A stretch of DNA of 64,000 nucleotides from Octopus vulgaris (Eukaryota): the NCBI GenBank assembly GCA_951406725.2, contig OX597829.1, positions 30,876,001 to 30,940,000 on the forward strand, read 5' to 3'. The translations under genes and the position numbers were made by a program. Below are positions 37,451 to 50,260 of the stretch, piece after piece. Below the pieces are notes generated by a model. It saw only the letters and a program-made list of their open reading frames with translations. It was not told where the DNA came from and did not search any database. How positions within the stretch are numbered: position 1 is the stretch's first letter; the number at the start of each line of letters is the position of its first letter.

Positions 37451-38754
37451 TGGGGAAATAATGTACATAATTCCTCATCTTTTAAATATAGAACTGGATA
37501 GTAAATCATGTTGACACCAGAATTTAACTGGTACTTATTTTGTCAACCTCAAATGGAACAAAGTTGGCTTTGGCAGAATTTTAAATCTGAATGCAAATAT
37601 GGACAAAATGCCACTATGCATTATGTCTGGCATGCTAACAGCTCTGCCACATTTCTGCCATAAATAATTATGCTTTCACATTTTGGCACAAGGCCAGTAA
37701 TTTTAGGAATAGGATATAGTTGATTACATCAACCCCAGTACTTGACTGGTACTTGGATTCATTACCCTGAAAGGATGAAATGCAAAATTGACCTCTGCCG
37801 GATTTGAAGTCAGAACATAAAAAGAACAAAAGTGCTTCTAAGCATTATGCCTGATACACTAATGATTCTGCCAGCTTTTCACATTGATAATAATATTATT
37901 CATTAACTTACTGTACACAGTGCTCATGTGCACTCGTTAGATAAGACTTGTTAGATAAGGTTAAAAGAAGGTACAGAAAACAAGACAAAATAAATCACAT
38001 TCTCATGTCTTATATACTTACAAGTTAAAATTTTCCATGGTTTTACTTCTATGCATGCAAGTTAGAACTCGCCAAATTTCCTCCAGTGTCTGCAGAATAT
38101 TGGGAGACAAGAACTAATTATTTTTTGATTTGATTAATATTCCACTCATGCAGTTACAGATCATCTAAAAAAGAAAAAAAAAAAGTTCCTACATTCAGAA
38201 TACCCATTTCTGTTAAACACCAATTTGTTTTTTTTTTTGCAAGTACATATCATAAGAGGTTTAACGAGAGAATAAAGAGCAAAACTGACAAGCTATCACC
38301 ATGCAGGATATCTTTTTGGTAATGTGTATATAACGCTGGATTCACATTATTCTGTTCTCACTTTTCAGACAGTGTCATTTACCATGTCTTCATTCTTTGA
38401 TGAATAGTATTTAATAGAGTTTGTGAGACTTCAGCTAATTGTAAATCTTTGATACTATTAGAAGTCATCTGATTATCTAGTCACACACAACAGCCACATT
38501 TCTGCTGTTTTTTTACTAGTTGTTTTCTTAAATCTGTTCTCTCTGCCATTGCACACACACACACACATGTACGTGTGCAATAATTATATATATATATATA
38601 TATTTGAGTGTATCTGTGTGTGCATATATTATATGTATATTTGGGTGTGTGTGCGTGCGTGTGTATGTGTCTGCATCTATATGTGTATGTGTGTGTGTGT
38701 CTGTCAGTCTACATCTGTGTGTGTGTGTGTGGTACAACAGTTCACATCCCATTA

Positions 38755-38927
38755 AACTCATCATCACTGTTAGGTGACAATTTCCTCTGCTACTAAGGTT
38801 TCCTACCATTGGTCTCATAGTTCGCCTGTTCAATCATCAGTTAAATCAACTCTACATCTAACCAGTCTCTGTGTCTGTCTTTCTTGAACTCCTGATCTAG
38901 GTACTCTTCATAGGGTGAGATATATTT
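38755..38927 (-). mobile_element. Probable RTE-type LINE extreme 3' end
   Basis: EYLDQ..WLDVELI..RPMVGNL followed by TGATGATGA. About 90 bp is duplicated at 37207-37298. Confidence 0.45.
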
Positions 38928-39029
38928 ACCATAAGCACAGAGAGTGCATGAGGAAGACATTATGTGGTTACATGACTTGCTAGAAATAGCAACCAAGAGA
39001 AAAAAAGCAAGTATAAACTCCATATAGTG

Positions 39030-39468
39030 GCACACCATTGGTTATGTCAAGGGTTCCAATTGATCTAACCAAAGGAACAGTCTGCTCAAGAAATTAATGT
39101 GTGAGTGGCTGAGCACTCCACAGACACATATACACTTAACATAGGTCTCAGGGAGATTCAACGAGACACAGAGTATGACAAAGCCAGCCCTTTGAAATAC
39201 AGGTACTACTGAAATATAACGTGTCTTGAATGACACAACAATGAAGAATGGACTATAATAACTGTAATAATTTAATTATTCATAGTTTGATATGATATTT
39301 CGGAATATAAAAATTCCTTCAGATATGTGCCATTCAAGACATGCTATTACTTTGCAAACAATACACAATACTTCCAGCAAACTACAATACTTTCCTACAG
39401 GTATTACTCATTTTTGATAGCTGAGTGGACTGAAGCAAATGTGAAATAAAGTGTCTTGCTCAAACACG
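39030..39468 (-). mobile_element. SINE family C (tail type 1) interrupted at 39211-39395
   Basis: Reverse match to 6150-6372 on both sides of the insert. Confidence 0.7.
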
Positions 39469-39540
39469 TAGGTAGTTTTGTACACACACACACACACACA
39501 CACACACGCGCGCGCATGCACATCCATATATGCAAACAAA

Positions 39541-39710
39541 TATATCATATGGTATTATTGATCTATTTCAGCCAATTTTATCAATTAGTTTCATGCATGA
39601 GTTAGGGGATGACCTAGGACATCACTCAGAAGAACTGGAATAAAATGTATGGCTATGCAGATCTAGTTGGTAAAATTGGCTGAAACAGATCTATAATGCT
39701 GTATACTATA
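39541..39710. mobile_element. Small MITE/foldback with ~57-bp TIRs
   Basis: ..ATTATTGATCTATTTCAGCCAATTTTATCAATTAG.. versus ..CTAGTTGGTAAAATTGGCTGAAACAGATCTATAAT.., with TATA at both ends. Confidence 0.75.
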
Positions 39711-39795
39711 AATATTAATATACCCACTCTCTTAACCAGTATATGAGTGCATGTTTTTTTTTGTATTTATGGATTTTTAGACAAACTATATATAA

Positions 39796-40240
39796 ATGTA
39801 TGTATGTATGTATGTATGTATGTATGTATGTATGTATGTATGTATGCATGCATGCATGCATGTATGTAAGTATGTATGCAAGCATGCATGCATGTATGTA
39901 TACATGCATGTATGTTATGTATGTATGTTATGTTATGTATGTATGTATGTATGTATGTTATGTTATGTATGTATGTATGTATGTATGTATGTATGTATGT
40001 ATGCATGCATGCATACGTATGCATGCATGTATGTATGTATGTATGTATGTATGTATGTATGTATGTATATGTAGATAGCTAGATAGATTGATGAATAATA
40101 GATATTACACTTCGTATTCATTTAGCTCTAAAGTATAAGCATATTGAGTTCTTGCTATGCCTAAGTGAACTCATAAAATATATATACATATATGTGTGTG
40201 TGTATATACATACACGCACACATGTAACTACATATCTGGT

Positions 40241-40289
<49 letters not shown>

Positions 40290-40490
40290 ATGTGCGTGTT
40301 TGTGTGTATGAGAATGTGTGCACGTGAACATGTTTGTCCACTACAACTTAATGCATCTGAATTCATTTGAATGAGAGTGGTCAGTAAATAATTAATGATA
40401 AACTAAATAACTTAGAAGTATAACAAAGTCTTTGTGACTAAAATTGGAAAAGAACTTATGAAACATAAGAACCAACAATACATATGTGCA

Positions 40491-40522
<32 letters not shown>

Positions 40523-40618
40523 GATATGTATATATATGCATATATATATGTATATATATATATATATTTATGTATATATATATGTATATATGTATATATA
40601 TATGTGTATACATATATA

Positions 40619-40659
<41 letters not shown>

Positions 40660-40672
40660 ATGTATATATATG

Positions 40673-40711
<39 letters not shown>

Positions 40712-40773
40712 TCTAAATAATACATCACACAAACTCATATATATATAGGTATAGATATAGACTATGTAGATAT

Positions 40774-40806
<33 letters not shown>

Positions 40807-40850
40807 TATAAATATATATATATATATAACATTTTATATATAACATATAT
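39796..40850. repeat. (TATG)n, (TG)n and (TA)n microsatellite cluster
   Basis: Visible directly. Confidence 0.95.
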
Positions 40851-41547
40851 ATAACATTTTTATTAGGTCACTGCTAGCTGCATTTCAGTAAGCTGTTTAA
40901 TGACCTACTTTATCAACCGATTTTTCAGATTTTTCGGGGGGGCGGGGGAAAGAATCATGGCTGGCTGCTCACTTAAATAAGCCAGCACATTTTCTTTTGG
41001 TTCCAATTGTAAGCAAGGTTGTATGATCAATTCGACTAAAAATACATACGTCTCATTGAAAATAGCTATTCCAAAATCAATATCGAGCATTATTCATCAA
41101 AAGTTTCATTAAAACACATGTTCAAAATGCACCTAAACCATCTTAAATCAACATTTTTGATGCATAGAGATAAATAACTAAGTTTCACATTTTTATAGTT
41201 TGAGGAGAAAATATGGCTGTCACTTGAATGAGACATGAGACCTGCTTTTGTTTTTTTTTTTCGCTGGGTGGGTGGAACAGTATTATCTAAATACATTTGT
41301 AATATATGTTTTAATGAAATAAATGTAATTTCACATTGAGTATTTGTACTTTTGATCTAACGTGCCATTTGACCTTTGCATCACTGATGACTCTCATTTC
41401 TTAACTGACTTATCTTGCACAAAATGCTATTTGTCCTTTGGAATCTTGTTATGATGGTGGTTATGGTTCTATATTTACATATGTAATCAAAGTCCCCCCT
41501 TCTATTATCTTCTCTATCTTGTTATGATGATAACGATTTTTACTTTG

Positions 41548-41711
41548 GTATGTATGTATGTATGTATGTATGTATACGCATGCATATACGTACGTATGTA
41601 TGTATGTATGTGTGTATATGCATGCATATATGTACGTATGTATGTATGTATGTATGTGTGTATATGCATGCATATACGTATGTATGTATGTGTGTATATG
41701 CATGCATATAC

Positions 41712-41742
<31 letters not shown>

Positions 41743-41994
41743 TGTATATGCATGCATATACATACGTATGTATGTATGTATGTATGTATGTATGTATGTA
41801 TGTATGTATGTATGTGTGTATATGCATGCATATATGTACGTATGTATGTATGTATGTATGTATGTATGTGTGTATATGCATGCATATACGTATGTATGTA
41901 TGTGTGTATATGCATGCATATACGTATGTATGTATGTATGTATGTATGTATGTGTGTATATGCATGCATATACGTATGTATGTATGTATGTATG

Positions 41995-42028
<34 letters not shown>

Positions 42029-42178
42029 TGTATGTGTGTATGTAAGCATGCGTACATGTTTGTATGTATGTATGTATGTATGTGTGTATGTAAGCATGCG
42101 TACATGTTTGTATGTATGTATGTATGTATGTATGTATGTATGCATGCATGTATGTATGCATGTATGTACAGTATGTAT
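41548..42178. repeat. Higher-order minisatellite built on (TATG)n
   Basis: TATATGCATGCATATA recurs about 8 times between variable (TATG)n spacers. TAAGCATGCGTACATGTTTG occurs twice. Confidence 0.92.
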
Positions 42179-42655
42179 CTGAAATCTCTTGTCCTGCCGT
42201 TCTCCTGGTTTAATTAAGCCAAAGAGTAGAGATATCAGCTGGTAATAACTTAAAGAAGAAATCAGATAATAACATGTTGAAACATGAAATTGAACCAGAG
42301 ATATTTAGATCATTACTTACTGCTCTGTGAACTAAGGTATTTCAGTTTCCTGCTGATGACCTCGTTAATTTGTAGTAATATGTATATACATATACATACA
42401 CACACACATTTAATGGTACTATAATAAATAAGTTTGTTGTAATTTTAAACATCCATGCATAAAATGAGAAATTGGAGGAAGACACAGTCCTCTAACACAC
42501 TGCATCCGGTTAAAATGTCCTACCCATGCCAGCATAGAAAACTGACGTAGGATAAGGATGATTTACACATTTCTGATTGATGCTTCAGATAGCATTGAGC
42601 TCTGCAAAATTTTGTGGGTGGATTTAGTTGATGGAAACTAAAAGAAGCTTCTTGT

Positions 42656-42689
<34 letters not shown>

Positions 42690-42855
42690 GTAGGCACAGG
42701 AGTGGCTGTGTGGTAAATAGCTTGCTTACCAACCACATGATTCCAGGTTCAGTCCCACTGCATGGCACCTTGGGCAAGTGTCTACTTAGTATAGCCTCAG
42801 GCTGATCAAAGCCTTGTGAGTAGATTTGGTAGATGGAAACTGAAAGAAGTCCATC

Positions 42856-42899
<44 letters not shown>

Positions 42900-43130
42900 A
42901 TATGTATATATATATGTATACATATGTTTGTGTGTCTGTATTTCTTACCCCACCATTGCTTGACAACTGATGTTGGTGTGTTTATGTCCCCGTAACTTAG
43001 CAGTTTGGCAAAAGAGACTGATAGAATAAGTACTAGACTTACAAAGAATAAGTCTTGGGGTCAATTTATTTGACTAAAGGTGGTGCTCCAGCATGATCAC
43101 AGTCAAATGACTGAAACAAATAAAAGAATA
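42690..43130 (+). mobile_element. SINE family A, full length
   Basis: Full match to 26568-26976. Confidence 0.9.
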
Positions 43131-43289
43131 TCATAGGTGAGTAACAAAAATGTATAGGTGTCAATTCATTATGGCTGTTTCAAGCAACTCCTTTGATTGA
43201 TTGATGGAAACATTATATCATTTGAAAGAAACCGTTCTCATCAGATGACTGCATAGACTTCAAACTTGGAGGATACAACCATTTCTTTA

Positions 43290-44273
43290 ACATGGGCGGT
43301 GACTGCAGAGGACATGCGTAGACTTGAAAGAAATGAAGCTAGCATGATCCACTGGATGTGTAATGTCAGTTTGTGTGCACGACAGAGGGTAAGCACCCTG
43401 AGAGAAATGCTGGACATAAGAAGCATCAGATGTGGTGTGCAAGAGCGATGCTTGCGATGGTATGGTCATGTACTGCAGATGGATGAGGAGAGATGTGTGA
43501 AGAAGTGCCACTCCCAAACAGTTGAAGGTATCAGGGGGAGAGGTAGACCCAGGAAGACATGGGATGAGGTAGTAAAGCATGACCTCAGAGCGCTGGGCCT
43601 CACAGAGGCAATGACGAAAGACCAAGATCTCTGGAGGAAATATGCTGTGACTGCAAAGACCCGGGCTGCTTCCTGCACCAGTTCCGCATAGCCCCTGCCC
43701 ATTCAAAGTACCTTGGATTCCAGAACATCCCACTGTACATGAACATCGAACATCCCAAGTACATGAACATCGAAATAAATATCAATGGAAATAGTAGTTG
43801 TGATACCTGTGCCGGTGGCACGTAAAAAGCACCATGCGAATGTAGCCAATGCCAGCACCGCCTCGACTGGCTTCTGTGCCGGTAGCACATAAAAAGCACC
43901 ATCCGAACGTGGCCGATGCCAGCGCCGGCTCGACTGGCTTCTGTGCCGGTGGCACATAAAAAGCACCATCCGAACATGGCCGATGCCAGCGCCGCCTTGA
44001 CTGGCTTCCGTACCGGTGGCACGTTAAAAGCACCAACCGATCGTGGCCAATGCCAGACTTCCCTGGCACCTGTGCTGGTGGCACGTAAAAAGCACCCACT
44101 ACACTCGCGGAGTGGTTGGCGTTAGGAAGGGCATCCAGCTGTAGAAACACTGCCAGATTAGACTAGAGCCTGGTGCAGCCCCTGGCTTCCCAGACCCCGG
44201 TCGAACCATCCAACCCATGCTAGCATGGAAAACGGACATTAAACGATGATGATGATGATGATGATGATGATGA
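43290..44273 (+). mobile_element. RTE-type LINE 3' fragment with tandem-repeat 3' UTR and (GAT)n tail
   Basis: TWAVTAEDMRRLERNEASM..RWYGHV..GRPRKTWDEVV. Same family as 12408-13668. Confidence 0.92.
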
Positions 44274-44489
44274 CTTACATCAATAATGGAACTCCCATAG
44301 CAAGAATATCAAGTACAAACACCCCTGCATGGAGTCTTGATATTTAATATTCAATTAATATTGTTTGGGTATGCGGATTATACTGACCTAGCAAGGTGCT
44401 TCAATTTAAGTACCTAATAGTAGGTGGAGTTCTGCTGAATGATTATTAAGTTGTAGGGTAGGTTCTGAGAGTAAGATATTGTGTAAGAT

Positions 44490-46182
44490 ATTGTGCATTG
44501 TGTGAAAGTACATTTATATGCATGTAGGCATTTTGAGAGACTTTCAGAAATTCTATTAATGATCTTCTCATTGGTTCACAGAATAGACAGGGATTCCCTG
44601 GAGCAGAGTTGGCATCTCCTGGAAATTATATTGTATGGTTCTGTGTGCCTTACTATGGACCAAGTGATGTTGTACTTAATTGTACCTTCCTTCAATCACC
44701 ATACAAAATCAACCAAAGATGTTAAATGTCTCTTATTGATTGTCTTAAAGCTGGAGACATGGTTTCAGTAATGATTCTTAAATGAATCAACTGTCTGCCC
44801 AATGTAAACATACAGCCCTTCTCTTGTGTGCCCGGTACATTTATAAAGAAGATTTGTACTCATACAGAAGTTCGCCAATGGGCATTTTGATTTTTCTCTA
44901 CATGAGCATTTATTATATTTATTTGAATATATGGCAGTTCCAACTTCATTTTCTGATGTTGTTACCATATTAGCTATATCATAAGCATTTCTACTATTAC
45001 AATTTGGCCATAATTGGTGCTTTACATTGTGGTTTACATCTCCTTTATTCGTATATAGATGCCTATGTTTGCTAGATCCAGTAGGTGAGTTATTGAATTG
45101 TTGTTGCATTTTACTATTGTTTATGCAGTGAATAAGCTGCTCTATATTACCTGAGTTAGTGTAGGATACCTTTACAGTATACCAATTAAAAATAGCATGA
45201 TATCAATTATATTTAGGAAAACATTTGTCCAAAGTGGCAAAAAATTTTCTAGCGGTCTTGGTTGAAATATGTGAATTGAAAATTGGACTGAACCGGAGGA
45301 CATCTTGATTCCTATCTTAGGCTTATTTGTCCAATTGTGTTGTACAGGATTGGAGCAACTTACAGTGTTACAAGCAGTTGGATTATTATATTGTGTGCAT
45401 CTATGAGTTTTTGTAGGTGGTTCATTGTTTTGACCAATTCTTCTTGGCCTATATTCTCTATCTGAATGAGTTCTCATACTGTGACGTTGTGATGGTGTAC
45501 AACGTGTATTAGTATTGGAGGAATTACCAGTGTTGTGTATGCCTGCTTCTTGTATATATTGAAACTTTTCACAGTACCCAGCCCTATCTAAAGCAGCATT
45601 ATAGAAAGTTGCATGGGATTCAAAAATTTTTTTATTAGTGGATAATCTAGAAATTCTTGTAGAAATATTTTTAACTAATCCCTGTATTATCGAGGGTGGA
45701 TTGGTGGATGCTACATTTATGTACTTGATATGATCATTTGGCTTGTGGAATGGTTCAAATAATCCAGTATCAAGACAAGTTAGCATCAAGAAAAATTACT
45801 CTATGATAATCCTTTCCCATTGTAATGTTCAGTCCTGAATTTAAAAAAAATCTGAAGATAATTTCCTATGCCTTTCTAATTGTACTTTCCTACTTCTCAC
45901 CAGAAACAAAAGGTGTCATCCCTATATAAACCTCCTGTTATTTTCAGAAAGGAAGACTGGATTAATGAGAGGATATTTATCCTGACTAGGTCTGTGACCT
46001 CTACAGAGTCAGATGAACCCATTGCTATATCAAAAGCATTCTCCCTATCTAATCTACTCCATAGTCTACCATCAAAATCAACGAACAGGGTTCATACAGC
46101 AAGTATTATATCTATTTCATATTGGGACAAATTGGAATTTCTCATGCTATAAATCAGGGCTTTATTAAGGACAATCGGGTTC
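44490..46182 (-). mobile_element. Penelope-like retroelement relic (RT + GIY-YIG endonuclease)
   Basis: FDIAMGSSDSVEVTDLV, GLYRDDTF, FHKPNDHIKYINVASTNPP, CSCREKSKCPL..LLYKC..VYIGQT and CQLC..E..KCLH. Stops and frameshifts are present. Confidence 0.9.
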
Positions 46183-46189
46183 ATTTTCT

Positions 46190-46886
46190 TTCTTCACCTT
46201 TTCCACATATGCAAATTCCATAGAACCAGCTTTCATAACCAGTGATGATCCTCAAAAAAAAAAAAAAAAAAGATCCACATCAACTTCTAAATGTTCTTTC
46301 AGTTCATAACAAGCATTCAGTCATGACTGCTTTTGATATTCTGTGAGCAAGCAAGGTACAAATTTTGCTGCAACTCTCTTCATTCGCAATTCCTCACTCA
46401 AAATTTATTGGCAGGAGCTCCAGGTTTCACTAGTAATAACTAGTTCATCAATTGTTCAGTGATGGTTCTCCAAGATCAGTTCATGAATTTTCATAAATGT
46501 TTGCATTTGTTCAGGGGTTGATGGTTGCCCTGAATGAGGTTGGTCTTCAAGTGGCATATGACCATTCCTAAAGCATGAAACTTCTGTTTTGATCATGGCA
46601 GCATTCTTTCTTGTTAGCTATTTGGAGCATGAGAACCATTTCAGCCACCATTTTCCTCAGCAGAAAACAGAATTTCACGAAAGCATACTGTTCCTTTGTT
46701 TCAGCCATCGCAAAACATTGACAAACAGGGGAGAAGCACTGCAAAACAAAGATGCACCACATGATGATGCCAGTCAGCAGACTGATTTTTGAGGGTCGCA
46801 TCAAGTGGCTTCTAGCAGGAGAAGCCTGAACTACAAAGGGCTTGTCCCACAGAGAACGTTTCTGGTTACTCTTGGGTTCCTCCTTG
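46190..46886 (-). mobile_element. Mariner 5' half (TIR, HTH region, first catalytic motif)
   Basis: Terminus TA|CAAGGAGGAACCCAAGAGTAACCAGAA, then EQYAFVKFCFLLRK, LEDQPHSGQPST and RIITGYESWFY. Confidence 0.8.
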
Positions 46887-48151
46887 TATGTACAAGATAA
46901 ATAAGATTGAATGTGGTTATGTGAGTGTGTTTATGCCCCAACGTGTCTGAAACAGTGAGACAAATGAATTCAATTTTTGAAATATGTGTCCCTAAGAGGT
47001 TGTCCATAAATAATAATAATAAGATATATAATTTGCATATCAACTTCTTGATTGACAAATCTTCAATTTTCTGTCAGTCAGCATCAGGCTCTTTCTTATT
47101 TACGCCTTTCCTTCTCTCTATATATTTACCACAATCTTTATTACTCTCTGTGTATGTATTATCTCTTACGCATACTGCTCTTTTCCCTCACTCATCTCTC
47201 TCTCTCTCTCTCTTTATATGATATGCAATTGCTTTCACTTTGTTTGAACATCTAGTAATGTTTACTTTCATTTTATAATACACAGCTATTACCCATACGA
47301 TGCTAGCTTCAAAATCCTGTTTTCTGATCAGATAAAAATTATAAAAAATTTTAAACCGTGGTAACATTTTTCTAAATTTTTCTTGAATAAACGAATTCCA
47401 AAAATCAGATTCAGCGTCAAAAAGTACATCTATATACCAAATTTAAAAACGTATCCCTGACAAATTTCATGAAAAATTATTTTTTTAAAGAACACTTTGT
47501 AGGGAGACAAAAAGTAGAGTGGGTGCAGCACATTTCGGATCTTTTCCAAGAGTAAACCATGATCTACGTGACACATTCAACTAGTATCCGAAGTTTCAAA
47601 GTGTTTAGTTTAACAAAATTAATTAAAAAGGCCCCACACTTCTGCAGTTTTGCTTATTTTAAATCTTTTCGTTAACATATTTCTGTTGAAATACGTCTTT
47701 GCTTTAAATTATTTTGAAAATAATGAAGAATTTAGTTAAAAAAGACTGCCATTATTTACTTACTGTTTGGAACAAATTAATATGAAATTTTAATGGAAGC
47801 TTTTTATTTAAATCTCTTAGAAACAAATAATTTGTATCATAGAACTAAGGACATTTTGGATGTGGGTGTTGATAGCACTGGTCAATTAATAAATAATAGC
47901 AACAATTGCCCTCAAGCTCCTTTTATAAAGGTGGAAGTTGATAGCAGTCATTGTAACTGAAATATTTTTTCCTGTTTCGTGGCTTTTTTTTTTTTTCTTA
48001 TCGTTTTCTTTTTCTGTTACAAATCTGTGAACGCTCTAAAAAAATTATATTAAAAGAAACAATAAAATATTGTCCTGCAAGATTTTCAAATGAACTGTTT
48101 TATTTTTATTTTTATCCAACTGTTTTTTAAGGTTCTCCTAGTTAAAAAAAA

Positions 48152-48573
48152 ATCCCCGTTTTCTCAGACAGAACGAGCGAGTTTTCTGCCTTCTTTAGAT
48201 ATTACAGATTTTTCTGCCTAAAGTGGTAGTTTTGCATGGAACATTGTCTGCTTGGTTACATAAGCGTGACCCCAGCATATTTCCTCCTATAACTTTCTTT
48301 AAAATACATATATTTTTTTAATGAAATTTTCCAGAGATACATTTTAGATAGTGCACTTTACGATTATATGACGTGGGGATAATAAAAACTAGATTTTTGT
48401 TTAGGATGCTCATTCATCTCCCTTAGAGGACTCCATAAATGCATATATTTTAGTGAAATTTTACAGTGATACGTTTTCGATGGTCTAGATTACGATTATC
48501 GTGATAAAATTTGGAAGAAAAATCTCTAGGGTGAGTTTCGGATTATTACCATCTTCTGGAAAGGAAAACGCGA
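48152..48573. mobile_element. Possible MITE with short TIRs and internal direct repeat
   Basis: ATCCCCGTTTTC / GAAAACGCGAT. CATATATTTT..TGAAATTTT.CAG.GATAC.TTTT.GAT..TTACGATTAT occurs twice. Confidence 0.4.
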
Positions 48574-49653
48574 TTAACACGCAGTTTACAGCCTTTGGTT
48601 AGTAAACTGTAAGTTAGCCATATACAATATATACAATATATTGGGTTGTATGAAAAGACCAGCCTGAACATAGGACCATAAATTGAAGTATATCACAGGC
48701 AAAATGCTTAGCGGTATCTGTTCTTGTTCTTTACGTGTTGAGTTCGAATCATACCGTGGTCAAAGTTGCCTCTCATCCTTTCGGGTCGATGAATTAAGTA
48801 CCGATTGAATATAGGGTCGATGTAATCGATTAATTTTCTTCCTCAAATTTCAGGCTTCTGCCTGTTAGGAAGAACTTTTATTACACAGATTATTGCTTTC
48901 ATCTCTAAACGCTTTTGTTTACTTAAGCTAGCATTGTTATAAGTAAGACACCTCTCGTTTAAAAACAAAATGTAAATAATATCTAAAAGTATGCAAAGGT
49001 ACTTAAAGTAAAAAGTTGGTTATCTGATGAAATGAAATGAGAGACAGGAAATTGCAATTTTTCGAAATTAACTTCACTTATAATTGTCATTACATCTTAT
49101 ATTTAACATATGCATTTCAAAGAGTAGAGTTGGAAAACCATAGGCGATAGTGAAGGAGATCGGAAACCTCGCGGTATATCTTATCTTTCTTTAGTCTAAC
49201 GTTGGTATCCCATATTATTTTTATCTCGTGGCACCAAAGGACATTATAGGTAACATTGAAATTTTTTTTGGAAAATATCGTTACATCGACAGACAAGTCC
49301 ACTTAGGATTGGGTACACTTTGCAAACGTTTACTTGAAAGCATTTAACAATAATAAAACTGTTTAATAAAACCGAATTGTAAATAGTAATTTAATTGTAG
49401 ATATTTAAGAAAAGTGACTTAATTAAAAATTTTATGCTACAGCAAATTACATTAAAGTTTTATTTATATAGGTTATATTGATTTCCATTATCAACACGTA
49501 CAGGCCTCAGACTTGGTGAAGGGGTTTAAGTGATTAAATCACTCCAGTACGTGACAATCCTTATGCTATCCACCCTGAGAAAGACGAAAGCAAAGTCGAA
49601 CTCAGCGGGATTTGAACTCAGAACATAGAGGTCAGCAACTAGAACTGACGGAA

Positions 49654-49780
49654 GAATTTTTACGAAATGATTATGACGTAATAATACAGAAGTTAGCGGG
49701 AATTCACGAAGTGATTACGACGTAATAATACTAAAATTGGCAGAAATTCACGAAGTGATTATGACGTAATAACACGAAGA
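49654..49780. promoter_or_regulatory. Three ~44-bp tandem repeats with CRE/ATF-like cores in a CpG-rich island
   Basis: ACGAARTGATTAYGACGTAATAA occurs three times. Function is inferred only. Confidence 0.45.
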
Positions 49781-49975
49781 TTTTTTCTGAATTCACTTCG
49801 GATTCGACTTCGCTTTGAGAAGGTTGTTCATACCGGTCTCTAGTTAATTACGAATCTGTGATATCTTTGTGTTTAATCGTCTGTCTGTTAAATATTTTGT
49901 ACTTCGTCAGTTTATTGAGTCTGCCTATTTTTCAATCTTCGTTTTTTCATTCCGTGTTTTCGATAATGTTAGGTA

Positions 49976-50260
49976 ATGTTGAGGACCCCCGGTTCGTCCA
50001 CGTCCGCGAAAGCCCATCGCGGACGACATCTGGCCAACGTTTTCTCTATTTTGAGGAAAGGTTGCGGGAGGCTCTTCCACCGGTGCACTAGGAAAAGGAA
50101 TGCCGTTGCTCCCGATCCTAGCTCTACAACAAGTGATAGGGCTGCTTCACTTACTGTAGAAAGCATATCTAGAGTTAGGGTTGCCAGCTTTTCATCTGTC
50201 TCAAGTAGGAGTATTGTGGTTCCTTGTTCTTCTGCTTGGGTAGATGCTCAGCTGGGCAGG
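49976..50260 (+). CDS. Candidate first coding exon (95 codons) of an unknown gene, or an unspliced 144-aa ORF to 50410
   Basis: ATG at 49976, non-repetitive GC/CpG-richer sequence and a GTAAGT donor at 50261 on a codon boundary. No family recognised. Confidence 0.3.

Noticed and set aside
41380-41400. CTGATGA hammerhead core (also ~42353)
   Set aside because: There is no stem II followed by GAAA and no stem I partner.
43808-44100. CRISPR-like array of palindromic repeats with spacers
   Set aside because: The spacers are similar to each other, the array lies in a LINE 3' UTR, the context is eukaryotic and there are no cas genes.
49117-49302. 61-aa ORF in the CpG-richer region
   Set aside because: It has a non-ATG start, no recognisable domain and no convincing splice signals.
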